64,000 nucleotides of DNA. Source: Marsupella aquatica. Taxonomy: Eukaryota; Plantae; Marchantiophyta. The notes under the pieces were generated by a model that was not told where the DNA came from, ran no database searches, and worked only from the letters and a program-made list of their open reading frames with translations. The stretch spans positions 21,489,455 to 21,553,454 of the forward strand of contig OZ316897.1 of assembly GCA_973895155.1 (NCBI GenBank). Direction: 5' to 3'. Made by a program: the position numbers and the translations under genes. Below are positions 1 to 12,799 of this stretch, one piece after another. Numbering within the stretch: position 1 is the first letter of the stretch; each line of letters opens with the position of its first letter.

Positions 1-480
1 CGTACCCAATCACACAATGACACATGGCAATAAAAAAACAAATAACATTGGTCATTTTGGACTTGTCCAAAATGACGTACATTATATAACAAATCAAATA
101 GTGACACGTGGTTCAAAGAGGATTCACCATTTGGCAATATATTTGGGTCATTTTGGACGTGTCCAAAATGACTACAGTATAAACAAGTCATATTGAGACA
201 CGTGGTTCAATTGGGAGAAGACACGTAAAGATACACATTAGTCATTAATGACATGTCTTGAATGACATAAAGTGAGTCATAGTGGACTTGTTTATAATGA
301 CCATGAGAAAAGTCATTGTATATATCATTCTTTGAATCATTTAGTCTATGTCTTTAATGACCAGAGTTGAGTCATATTGGTCACAAAGATAGTTGTGAAT
401 AATGACCATTACATCAGTCATTCTAGCCAGTCATTTAATCATTCAAGCCAGTCATTCAGACGAAGTATTCAATGATTTGG
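1..480. repeat. CACTA subterminal repeat region (GTCATT/AATGAC motifs in both orientations)
   Basis: Many GTCATT/AATGAC copies, the same motif as in 17060-17430, suggesting the second terminus is just outside the window. Confidence 0.75.
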
Positions 481-810
481 AGAAATTCAAATTTAAGTGA
501 TCATGATAGATAAAACTTGATGTCAATCAAAAATCATACATTACAAAACCATTCAATAGAGTTGCTAAATGAAAACTTAAAGAAACATTCGATATATATC
601 ACAAATCCAATTGATATTCATACAAGATACCTTCATAAGTCTCACGGTAAATATTGAACTCAATGCAAATTTATGAAACAAAATTACATTGACATCAATA
701 ATATTAGATTGTCAATTGTTACAACCTGACATACCAATCACTCTGCATGTTTATAGAAAAATAGAGTTGTCATTCTATCATGTCTATTGTTTCTTGATAG
801 AGTGCTATTT

Positions 811-3650
811 CTATTGCTTCTTAAGCAATCTAGAGTTCCATAGGGCATTCATCCCTTTCACATCAGATAATTTAGACTGGTTCTCCCCTGAATTGGCAAA
901 TGGCAATGCCACATCTACAAACACTTCAATCACACGCACTCGCAAGAAAGGGCTTTCAAAATCTGCACAATGAAACTTATCTTCTCCTGGCAGCCTTGTC
1001 ACCTCACCTTCTGCCACTATCATGGAATTGTCCACAACGCTCTTCATCTTCACCAAATCTCCTCTTGCAAACTGTGAACAACACATTTTGTTAAAAATGC
1101 AATAAACAGAAATTGAAAGATAGAAGAACACTCAAATCAAACACACATTTACCTTTGCAACGGGGTTAGGAGACTGCATTGGTTTCTTCTGTGCAGGTGA
1201 TGCATTTGCTGAGGATCCTTTCTTCCTTTTCTTCTTTCCCTTTCTAGTTGATGGAGTGTCATCCTGTTCACTTGGAATGGGAGTTTCTTTTGGCAACTCA
1301 GATGATTCTGGGGTTACATCTGGTGTCAACTGAGTCGACTTATCCTCTGGCAACTGAAAGGCATCTGAAATGGCTTCTTTGGGCAACTTAGATGGCAAAA
1401 GGTTCACTTCCAATTCAGTTTGCTTTAGAGTACTGTTAGCTGTGTCAGTTGGTCTTCCCTGCGACACAGGAGGCTCCCCTAAAGATGCTGTCATAAAACA
1501 CACACAAAAGAAATACATAAACAAACATGTATACACCAACAACATATAATCACACTAAAAACATGCAAGAACATTATAAACATGCAATGACATATACACA
1601 TCACAATAATTACATTGAATGGACAGTGTATACATGATAGAGAATTTTACCTTCATTATCGCCTGAAAAAGTAAGAGATCGCTTTCTACTACCTTGTTTG
1701 GTAGTTGTAGTCAACTTACTGTGACTAGGCACAACTGTTGGAACTTGTGCATTACTGGGGTGATGTGCCATCCACATAGTCATCATGTTTGTCAACTCCC
1801 TCACAGTGCCTTTCAACTCAGCGACATCCAATTTCACAGCCCCAATGGCAGTGATCTCTTCTTTTGAATGTGGGGTCTGTAAATGAACCACAAACCAACA
1901 CAACAGTCTCACTGTCAAACTTACAAACGACACAACACTGGCTCTGTCAAATGGAGAATGATGTACAAATCAAATTGGTATGACAATACTCACAGCTGAT
2001 CCATGTCTGTTTCCTTGCCCCAGTAAGCTAGCACTTTTACCCTCCCCACTTGGCAATGATGGGCTCACCTTTGCTCCCACAAAACTACCAGTCTGACCTT
2101 CTGCACTTGCCAATGATGGGCTCATTGTCACCTTTGGCAATGAACCCTGACTACCATGGTTTTCTTTTAGGTCAGATATACCTGGGCTTGATCCTCTCTT
2201 CTGCTTCTGTTCAAACACACAATGAATGAGAAATCATAGAGTTTGTTTTCATCAAGATTCACAAACAAGACAGAATTGATAGTGAAAATGATAGACAATT
2301 TACCATTCTCTTTGCTGCTGCAGCATGCCCTCCCCTTCCAAAGTGAGAGGTATCTTGCACTCGTGCTCTTTTATCAGTCATCTGTTTACTCAAAGATATC
2401 AATGCTGGACTGGTAAAATGAGATACCAAAGCTGCCCATTTCTTTGGATCAACACCAGATGGCCCAGGTTTGGTTGGATCCTCATTGCAAACTTTCTTCC
2501 AATAAACATGCATTTTATGGCGCTCTCTCTTCAATATGCCACGACAATGACTCTGGAATTTGGTGTTAATAAATTCCCCACCCACATACTCCCACTCAGC
2601 TGCCATGTTATTCCACACTGTGGTTGTATGAACTTGTGGATGATCAGTCCATTTTGGCTTTGATACATCAAAGACTCTGAGTACGTTGCCACGAAGTTCC
2701 TCCAGCCAGTATTGTTTGTTGCCATCAGAATCATCAATATCATTGTCATAAATCTGCATTTCACAGACAATGTCAGATCATAACTCTGGAATTTATGCAG
2801 AGTCCAGGTTTTATACACACAACAACAGAGAGGATCAGATTTGTCTAAATCTACAAACAAGTACAATACTCACTTTAATGTGTTTGGGCACCTCTCCGCA
2901 ATCCCTTCGTTGTTTGGCAGTATTATCAAACTGCTTCTTAGCATGCCTTCGTTCCCTGCGCATCTCAGAGGCCCCTCCTGCAATGCACACACATGCATTC
3001 AATCAAAAAATATGTACATGATTGAAAAGTTGAGCAAATGTACTTGCATATGCATGACAAGCAGGTTGTGTATTACCTGAAGATCCTCTGGAATGTAGTA
3101 CATCAGATTGACCTGATCTGCCTTCAGATGCTGATGGAACCACTAAACAAACACACAACACCAAAGCACTTCAATTAATTTCATTTCCAAGTAGAATATC
3201 AACTTCCAAACACACCTGAAAAGTAGGACAGTACAATCCACTCACTTTCATATAAGAGTCCAGTGTCTGGGTCTTTCCAACATCTCACTAGCCCACCTCC
3301 ACCAGGCCCAGTCTTCTTAGGACCACGATTTTGTTTCTGTACCTACATCATGGACAACGTAAGCATATCAACATATAATTTGAAAAAGGGACAAGGATCC
3401 CTTCCTATTAGGATGATGAAGTTCAAGCATTACCTGTTGTGCACTCTCTGGTTCTGACCCTCCAATGTCAGAATCCTCAGTGTCATACTCAGAAGGAGAA
3501 CCATAGCCATCATCACCAAACTCTGCCATGTTCACCTTGGTAACTTCTGATAGTCTAGAGCTCCTCCTCTTTGGCAATGTTTCAGTTGAAGTACCTTTCA
3601 CCAAAGCAGGCTTTCCTCTCTCTCGTTGTACATGTGTGGTTGGGCCTCTA
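811..3650 (-). CDS. CACTA TnpA-like (Ptta/En/Spm, Transposase_24-like) multi-exon gene; 5' end uncertain
   Basis: Exon at ~2304-2754 contains KWAALVSHFTS...KRARVQDTSHFGRGG (Ptta-type motif). Last exon GDLVKMKS..VAEGEV..RVRVIEV..LPF..ALW resembles the TnpA C-terminal domain. GT-AG junctions flank the ORF fragments. Confidence 0.7.
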
Positions 3651-4051
3651 AGGAACAAAGCAATCATCAACATACACCAATGCAGATCAAACATACATGC
3701 AAAATGAATCTACAACACCGTAACACTAGTATGAGACCAATCTGGAATATGAAAACAGAACATGAACTTGACAACTCCATCTACTGAATCAAATTTGCAA
3801 TAGACATATCAACACAGACATCAGCTTGCAGTCTGGCCCCAGTCCTAGATCACGCATAATTCTGACATTATGCTCTATGTTCCGATTTCGGGCCTCCTCA
3901 TAAGGATTCACAGAATGTGACAACCCTTGCAATCTTCCTTTCACAGGCTGCATTCACCAACTGCACAAATGGGTAAACCATTAGTCTGATTTCATAAATA
4001 GTCCATACATGTAGTCCATCTATGGACTTCACACACCTAGCTAAAACCTAT

Positions 4052-7000
4052 TCACTGCTTAGGCCTGCCCTTTCTTGCAGATCCCTCTGCATCTCTGCCT
4101 CGTTTGGGACCAGTACTTGGTCCTGGATTTTCTCTGGACCTACAGGCCTTAGCCAATTCGATGTGTAATTTGGCATTGTTTTCCATTGTAGCATGGAAAT
4201 CAACGTCTGTGTAATCACCTAACACCCTTGTGGACCTGGATTCTTTGTGGAGGATTGTTCTCCATGCTATCCCCTTCTCATTGGGGTGGAAGAAAACCTG
4301 CTCCACTTGCTTTGGGAAAACGTAATCCATTTTCTTGGACACACCCAGTTCTCTATGGAAATTCACCTGCCAAAGACCAGACTTGGTATACCTCATACTG
4401 GCAGAGGATTTAGGAGTCCATGATGGATCTGCCCATTTCCCTTTGAAAAGAATCACCTCTTTCCTCAAGCTGCCATAATTCAGTACCAAGATATCTGTCA
4501 AGGCCCCTACATACTGTACAGATTCTTCTATGGTTGCACCAGACCTGTCCACTCGCTTCTCAGTGAATGTAGAAGCCATCCCAGAATCAAAAGTGCTGAA
4601 AGCACCAGAATCACAATCACTCAAACACCCCAAGGATGGAATAGTCCTCCAATGGTGCCCATAGGCTCTACATGCCCTATACAGTCGTGCCTTCAAACTA
4701 GGTGGTGTGGAGTATGCAGATAGTAATGACCGCTCAGACTCTTTCTCAAAATTATGGGTATTGACTAATGTTTGAAACCATTCCCTGAAAGGTGGCAATT
4801 CTTGGCAGTCTACGGGAAATTCCACTGGTTTTCTTCGATTGGCAGGCTTCCTCATCCACTCCTTCCGGAAATCCACTATTCGTTTGGTAACAGTCTCATT
4901 GGTAGCATCATATATCCTGCATGGCAACAACAACACTGAAGACATTAGTGCACGATCCACCATGAATATACAAACACAATGGGGCAACATAATTATGATC
5001 CATATGCCTAAGGATAGGAGAGTTTCTAGGGTTTATGTACCTGTACCATGGAGCCACTGTCTCTTCATTCTCTAATATATAATGATGCATGGCCATCATT
5101 TCAGACCAATCCAAAGTTATCGCCTTTGCAGCCCCTTCCAAAACAATGCCTGCAATGCCAGCATCCTCCTCCAACTCCCAGGTTCGTTTTCCCTCTCCCT
5201 TTGCATCAATCATGTATTCAGAAAGAAATCCCAAAGACTCATCTAATACATAGCCTTCAGCCATAGAAGCCTCTGGACGTGCCTTGTTTCGTACATAACC
5301 CTTCAATACCTTCAGGTTCCTCTCTATTGGGTACATCCATCTGCCTGTAACTGGGCCACACAAGTCTAATTCCTCCACTAGGTGAATCATTAAATGGGTC
5401 ATGACATCAAAGAAGCTTGGTGGAAAATGGATTTCCAAAATGCAGAGAGTGAATGCAACATCCATCATCAAATTCTCATACATTGAAGGGTCCCACACCT
5501 TCGTACAGATCTGGCGATAGATATTGCTCACCCCAGCTATGGCCAAGCGAACCCCTTCATCAAGTAATCCCATTGTTGCCAGAGGGAGAATCTGTTGCAT
5601 GAGTTGGTGGAAATCATGTGATTTCAACCCAGAGAGTTTCTTGGATTTTGTAACACACTTTGCCAAAGAACTTGAAAAACCAGTGGGCCCTTTCAAGGTC
5701 AATAAAACCTCCAAGAACCTTGTTCTTTCCTTCTTGCTCAGGCAATATGGGGCTGGGGGCATCAACAATTTGTCATCCTTACGCTTGGGAGCTGGATTGG
5801 GTACAAGCCATAGGTGTTGGCGCACCTGTAAGAGCTTCATGTCTTCTCTCACAGAAGGAGTGTCCTTGGTCCCAATGATAGTGTGCACAATGTTGTGTGC
5901 AAGATTCTTCTCACAGTGCATGGGATCTAGACAATGGTTAATGAGTAGTTTCTGCAGTGGACACACAATTCAGAAATTAGGGCATTGAATACAACTTTTG
6001 GCATCACTGGGCAGTAGTTTGTGCAGTGGACACAATTCAGAAATTAGTGCATTGAATACAACAATTACAAAATCTGGGCTACAGGAAGTATATGAAGAGA
6101 ATATATTTCAAAGTCATATGAAGAGATTGCAGAAATTCATTGTAGTAGTATGGAGTCTTACATTCCAATAGGGCAACTTGTACAGACCAGTAGCCCTCTT
6201 CACTCCATGCACCTTTATGGGGCATTTCTCATCCTCAACCTTGGTTCCTCCCTTCTTCAAATATTCTGTTGTCTCGTCTCCCCACTTCTTTCTATCAGAG
6301 CTTGTCATTCTACACGGTGCAGGTCGACTCTCAATTGCACCATCAAAGTATTGTGCACTATCTGGTCTACGAAAAAGATGCCTTGCTGCTAACCATCGAC
6401 GGTGGCCACTGTACTCTAATTTCTGCAAGTGCTTAGAACCACGTGCCACACATTCTGGCCCACAGATGACACATCCTTTGTATCCAGAGTGTTGTTGTCC
6501 AGATATTAAACCATATGCAGGGTAATCATTGATTGTCCACAATAGCACAGCCCTAAGGTTGAAGTGTTGAGACAATCTTGGGCGTGGCAATTTGTCAAAG
6601 CAGGGCACTCCTTTCTTCCACAACAGCTCCAACTCCTCATAGAATGGGCCCAATATTATGTCTAGCTGTTCCTCTGTTACTGAATCAGGTCCTGGAATCA
6701 GCATAGCTAGCATGACAAAGAACTTCTTGGTGGTAAGCCAAGGAGGTAAATTGTAATTCAACAACAGTATTGGCCAGGTAGACCAAGCTGTGGAATTATT
6801 CCCAAAGGGATTCACCCCATCAAGTGCCAACCCAAATCGCACATTCCTTGGTTCAGCTGCAAATTCCCGATCAATATTTGTATCCACATGCTTCCAAGCC
6901 TTTGAATCTGCTGCGTGCCGAACCATGTTGTCTGTGCTTCTATTCTCATGATGCCAAGTCATGAGTTTAGATGTACCAGCAATGGCATACAATCTCTTCA

Positions 7001-8021
7001 ACCTGGGAATTATAGGGAAATACCGCACTACCTTCCTTGCCTGTAATGAATTCCCCACTCTCTTCATCTTGGGCTGCTGACACACTGAACAGTTTTCTAA
7101 CTTGGCATTCTCACCCCTAAAGAGCATACAACCTTTCTCACAGACAGGGATTCTCTCATAATCCAAGCCAAGCTTTCTCAATAGCTGCTTTGCAGCATAT
7201 AAGTTCTTGGGCAGATTATGCTCTGTAGGCATACCATGCTCCCCCATCAAAGACAACAATGCATTCACTCCTTTGTTTGAGAATCCATGGCCATGACAGA
7301 TGTTCAGCAGAAGCAACATGAATGACACAACATCTATTTTGCTGCCTGGGAACAAAGGTTGCATTGCTGCATCTAAAGATAACTGTGCAGGATCAGTCTC
7401 CACAGGAGTTTTGGAGGTTTCAAGGGGGTTTACAGGATGGGCACCTCCTTCACTCTCATCATCCCCAAGTACAAAATCCAAGTCAAAACGGTCCTGATCA
7501 TCTAGCTCATGCTCAGGGGATTCTTCACTGGTTCTCAGCAACGTTTCTTCCAGTAGAGCCCTGATATGTTCTTCGACATCTATAGTTGGATGTTCTTGAA
7601 CATCCACAGTTGGATACTCTGGAACATCTACAAATAAATGTTCTTCAACATCTACAGTTGGCTGTTGTGCACAGGTTGCCTGCTGAAGGTTTGCTACCCT
7701 CAATGCCTCAGGGCCATGTTGTGACATGTAGTCAGCACCCCACTCTTCATCAGAAGAGTCCTGTCCCTCTCCCACCCACACTCGACATGCAGGGTACCGA
7801 CCATGTTTAATAAGGTGCAGTCTAGCAGTATTCCGATTAGTCCTATAATTCCCTTTGCAGTTCACACAAGGGCAGTACATCTTATGGTCCCCACTCTTGT
7901 GGCAGGCCTTCTGTTCTCGAACCCACAAAGCATCATCACGATGTTGTACTCTAGCTGGATGGAAGAGCGGCAACTTTGGAGTTCTACCCACACCTAACGT
8001 ATTCTGTGGCAATTGTGCCAT
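4052..8021 (-). CDS. CACTA TnpD transposase (Transposase_21 + DUF4218 + DUF4216-like), 3 exons
   Basis: Motifs CPCVNC, RHAADSKAWKH, RNVRFGLALDGVNPF, WPILLLNYNLPP, LLWTINDYPAYG, LDPMHCEKN, GLKSHDFH, FFDVMTHL..HL, WMYPIER. Exons approx. 8021-6160, 5950-5041 and 4917-4052, each open. Confidence 0.93.
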
Positions 8022-8618
8022 GCTAGCTTGATTGAAATTGTATTCAAACTATGATTTTCAAACTGAATCAGAGTGACATGCATACAAAATTGGGCCTACC
8101 GTCACAGTTGTACAACCGATGCCAACCACAGTCCAATTGCTCAAACCCACAGAGCCCAGTTTCTCAAATCCACTGTAGTAGGGCACCTTCTCCTTGCATA
8201 CAAATAGAGCATCACATACAGTGTCATCATAATGATACTATGAACGTAAATCTCTGTGCCTTCATCATTTCCAGTATTTGTTTGCCTATTAGGAATGTGA
8301 GCAGACAGGTCTGGAATAAGTAACGTTTGTGACACCAGTGACAAATTTACAAGTGAAGTTTAGACATCAATATGGAGGAAAGTCACACTCAAAGTACATG
8401 CTTGAAAATCAGAATCCTACCCTGGAAAAGATAATAAAGTTGATTTCTCAAAATTAATTGCCTCAATCCGCAATGCACTGTCGTAGAGTGTGTATACATG
8501 AGGAGTTCATCAAACTGCATATAAATAGTCCACATGTTTTAGCACTCTGAAAATTGTTTAAATCCACGTGAAACCATGAAAAAGCTCTATCTCAAGTTTG
8601 TGTTCGATCCAGCCTCAA

Positions 8619-9278
8619 TCAAATCCAAGATATGTGGCTCCTAGCAGGAGTGCCTAGTGTAGGGTCAATGTCATGGTCAGGACAGTAAAACATCCCCTTC
8701 TTGGGCTGCCCATGCGCTGAGTGATCCCAAATTGTTCGATCATGGGCAAATCCCCTCTGCTGGATAAACAACAAGCAGTCCTTGTGCCATGCCTTAGGAC
8801 ACCTCATGCACTGAACCAAAAAGCCATTAGCCCCATCATTGGGCCCCTGTCCACAAGTAAGACAAATATGGAGTCCACATGATGCTGTGCTAGGAACCAA
8901 ACACTGCCGACAGTAAAACCGGGCACAGAGAGGGTTTGGACATTTTCTTACCTCTTCACCAATTTTTCCAGACACATGACACTTAAAGCAAGAATGTTCA
9001 TCATTCTTGCAATCAACACAAAGCCATTCTCCAACATGGCCATCAGCCAGGGATATAGTTGGGCATAGCCATTGCTGACCCAAAGGACAGGAAACATTCT
9101 TATGGAAATGTCGGTGGCAAGGCCCATCACAAACAATGAGATCCCCTCCCTCATCACAAATCGCACATACATGTGGACTATTCTGGTTAATCTCAATGTC
9201 TGAATATAAGGACAATTGAGGTGCTTGAGAGGATTCACCTCTGCAACGATTCATGGCCTTCTGCTTATTGCGAGCCAT
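8619..9278 (-). CDS. Intronless EDM2-type atypical triple-PHD finger protein (~219 aa), transposon cargo
   Basis: VCAICDEGGDLIVCDGPCHRHFH...CVDCKNDEHSCFKC...CGLHICLTC...CMRCPKAWHKDCL...FYCPDHDIDPTLGTPARSHISW follows the EDM2 PHD block, including its HxIDxxLxTPxRxH tail. ATG at 9278 is preceded by a CAG splice acceptor. Confidence 0.85.
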   Translation of the reverse strand: MARNKQKAMNRCRGESSQAPQLSLYSDIEINQNSPHVCAICDEGGDLIVCDGPCHRHFHKNVSCPLGQQWLCPTISLADGHVGEWLCVDCKNDEHSCFKCHVSGKIGEEVRKCPNPLCARFYCRQCLVPSTASCGLHICLTCGQGPNDGANGFLVQCMRCPKAWHKDCLLFIQQRGFAHDRTIWDHSAHGQPKKGMFYCPDHDIDPTLGTPARSHISWI

Positions 9279-11599
9279 GGTCCTGCACACTCAGACCTAC
9301 ATCAGATTGTGAAACACGAAGGAATAACAGGGTGCAGCATGACACAAAGGAATGAGGGTGCAGCATAAAATATGACATGTAACCACAAGGGTGCAGCATA
9401 AACCAATGCTTTATGGATGGCAAAGCATTTAGGGCTGAGCAGAGCCCTAACCTTGGCCTATGATTGGAAGCAATCACAAATATTGCAACCTGTATGCCTT
9501 CGCTTGCTGTACAGCAGTGCTCACTCACCCTGCCTTTTTAAAATCTGTAAGGGCAACACAGAACAAATAGCAATTGAGTTTCAGCAAAGCATTCATTTGG
9601 CTCTCAGGTTTTAAAATGGACAAACAAACACAACGATGTGCACAACAAAGCACAGAGAGCAACAAAACTCCAGCAAACTGGGACTCAGGCAAGAGACACG
9701 AATTTTAGCAGCAAAATCAAATCAAGATAATTCGGACCTGTAAGTTCAACATGCAGTGCTCACTCACCCTGCCCTTTTTTAAATCTGTAAAAACCAAGTT
9801 TTATTGCGTGCCTTCTACATCTTAAGCTGCTGCACACATCTGTTACAGAACCATAAGTTGCTTTACTCTCAACAAGCTAGCTGCTGGTCCACCCACTTTT
9901 TCAAAAGCTGCACCGTACTCTATCTTCGTGCAGTCGTGGCATTACCGGGCTGCTGTCAGAGACCCTTACAAAGAATTTAAAATTGACCAAGCTGATTTTA
10001 GTTTAGTTTCGTCTAGTTTGCAGACCAAAGGAAATAATGTGGCTGTATTCATGGAGTTGTATTCATTGCTGTGTATGGATGTTGTGTGAACGTCAGACAG
10101 TTAGCTGTAAATTACCATAGTTGAAGAGCAAGGCTTGTACAAAAGCCACTGAGGAATTCTCTGAGGTGGCACAGCAGTTGGCAAACCATACACAAAACTC
10201 TGAAACTTTTTGGCAACAGAATTCTACAGAGTCGTTGCCGGAATCCAGTGAGGATTCACCATACATGCCTGCACTTCTCTTCAATAAAAAAAAGAGAAAA
10301 GAAAAGGGCTATGATACAGAGGGATGTCAAAAGAAGAGTAAGGAAACCAATTGATTGAGGAACACAGACAGACTAAGGAAAACATCATACAATGGAAAAA
10401 TAAGGACTACATTGTAATAATAAGAGATCAAGCTCACCTTGCACCACAGAGATTGTCACGAGTCACCTCGCAGTTCCTCGCAACTTAGGTCCAGGATGAC
10501 ATTTCAATATGGAGGAAAGGAGTTTACTCATTTAAAACAGAGAAGGAGTGGCATCTACAGGGACTTTGGGAGCACACTCAAAAGGTTTGCGATACATCAG
10601 GTTATCTTTCTAGGTCAGACACTGCCAATAGAATTTTGAACACAACAAACACAGCAAACACTGCCAGATATAGAATTTTGAACACAAGGGTACGGCATCC
10701 AGATTTGCCTAAACTCAATCAACTTAATAGCATATTTTTATGTTCAATTAGGCAGCACTAAATAGAACAGCCTTTCACGCAGTCAGAATAATTGGCAATA
10801 ATTGCCAGACGACAACAAGACAACAAACTGAGCTGAACATAGCAGACAAAACAAACTGCACTCAATAGTAGACTAATACGGCAAGTAGCAATCAGAAATC
10901 AACAGCAGACAGACAGAGGACAACTCGGTCAAAACTCGGGCACTTGATTTAGTTGTGGTAAATAGGAGAAAGCTAAGAAACAGAGAGAGAAAAAACCATT
11001 TCTTAGCAATTGGATCTGTCTGCGATCTCCGCTGCCTGATTACAATCAAGAAGATTTTGCCAAAACAAACGATAAAGCTGAGGTGGAGTCATTCAAAGCC
11101 CAAGTCTTGATACTTCGTCAGAAGCATGATCAGTGGAGCGCTCAGCTACGGAGGCATGGGGTTTTGGAGGACGAAAGGCTTTCGCGGGCAGTGCAGGCAG
11201 CCGTTCAGGTTTGGGAAGATTTTGCCAAAACAAACAATAAAGCTTGAAGATAGTTAAATTTCTTAGGTCTCTGATAGTTAATGGAAGGTCGCAGTGGAGC
11301 CAGCATGGGACAGGGAAGGAAATGCAGGCACTTGTGATGCAATAGGCTACAGAGGGTGAGAAGGTGGACAACCAATTGAAACTCAACAAACTCAAAGAAC
11401 ATGTAGCGAATGGCAATAGAATAGAAGATCAGAGAACATGTAGCAAATGGAGAGGGATAGATAGAGAAAAAACATAAGCAGAGAGCTCTGGCACACAGCA
11501 ACACAGGTCCCAACACAGCACATTGCAAGTCCCAGGCTGGAGTGGAGCCGGAAGTGGAGAGCACAGAGCAACCAGGCAAATCACAACATGGGCGCCAAT

Positions 11600-12170
11600 G
11601 GGAATAAGGTCATACCTCTTTGCAGCTCTTGACCGACCAACAGCTCCTCACCGACCAGCGCTGCTGCAACTCCTCCCTGATGTAACCTCTTGCAGCTCCC
11701 GTAGCTCCTCCCGCAGCTCCGAAGCTCCTCCCGCAGCTCCGAAGCTCCTCCCGCAGCTCTGCAACTCCTCCAACAGCTCCGCAGCTCCCGATGTAATACC
11801 TCCCGTAGCTGCCACAGCTCCTTCACGAACAGTGAGACTAGTTGCTGTCACTGCCTCCGATCCACGAGCTTCCACTGTTTTTGCCTTCCACAATGATAGG
11901 GGTCCCCAACGCGCGAATGCCTTCCCTTCCCTCCTGCAACTCAAACATGTGCTCGGAAGAGTGTCAAAACTCCTCCCCTCCCGCAACTCCAACCTGTGCT
12001 CCTGCAGGTCTAAATGGTGAGACCAACGCGCGAATGCCTTCCCTTCCCTCCTGCAACTCCAATCTGTGCTCCCGGGGCAAATGTGCTCGGAAGAGTGTCG
12101 CAGCTCATCCCCTCCCGCAAATCCCACCTATGCTCCCAGGGCAAATGTGCTCGCCTTCGTTCCCTGCGCT
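11600..12170 (-). promoter_or_regulatory. GC-rich repetitive island, likely promoter/first exon of the CACTA transcript
   Basis: Reiterated GCAGCTCC/GAAGCTCCTCCC units and a duplicated CCAACGCGCGAATGCCTTCCCTTCCCTCCTGCAACTC block upstream of the minus-strand genes. The function is inferred by analogy to the GC-rich first exon of maize Spm. Confidence 0.4.
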
Positions 12171-12799
12171 TGGTGGAATGGAGCACAAAGCTGCGCAGCC
12201 CTAAGCCCTTGCAATGTGCACACAAAGGCATGCCAAGACATAAGCACATATCGCGTTGCCCTCTCGATGTTTGTTGAGGAAAAAGGGCTCCTGTTGGTAT
12301 GCAAGACCACTTGAGCGGGATAAACCTAATTGCTGGACCCCTAAACCCCGTAAAGGTAAGGTATTTTGTTGGATGGGGATGGTGGATATTGTGGGTCATT
12401 AATTAGGGTTATTTTTTGAGACTAGTTAATAACAATGTAACAAAACCCCCCCATAAGGCCCATAGATAATACCAACTAAATAAGTTAATAACAAGGTCGG
12501 GACGCCCCCATAAGGCCCTAGGGAAGGCACTGAAGGTAAATAGCTCATAATGTCGCGACACCCCCATAAGGTCATGGCTGTTTGTGTAGGTGCCCATAAC
12601 CCGCCCCTCATTTAAACCTCCTTAATGGGAGGTGAGGGTGTTGTGGATTACATTAGTGTAATTAACTATGTACCGGCCATGTTTTTTGGGTGATAGGTTA
12701 TGTCTGCAAAAAGGACCATATGCATGAACACAATTTTGGACTACCTTATTAGTCTCACCATGACTATATGACCTCCAATATGCCAACATTAATGGCTTC

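Noticed and set aside
11523-12399. Overlapping 60-165-aa ORFs on both strands
   Set aside because: GC-rich low-complexity repeats lacking stops; no domain recognised.
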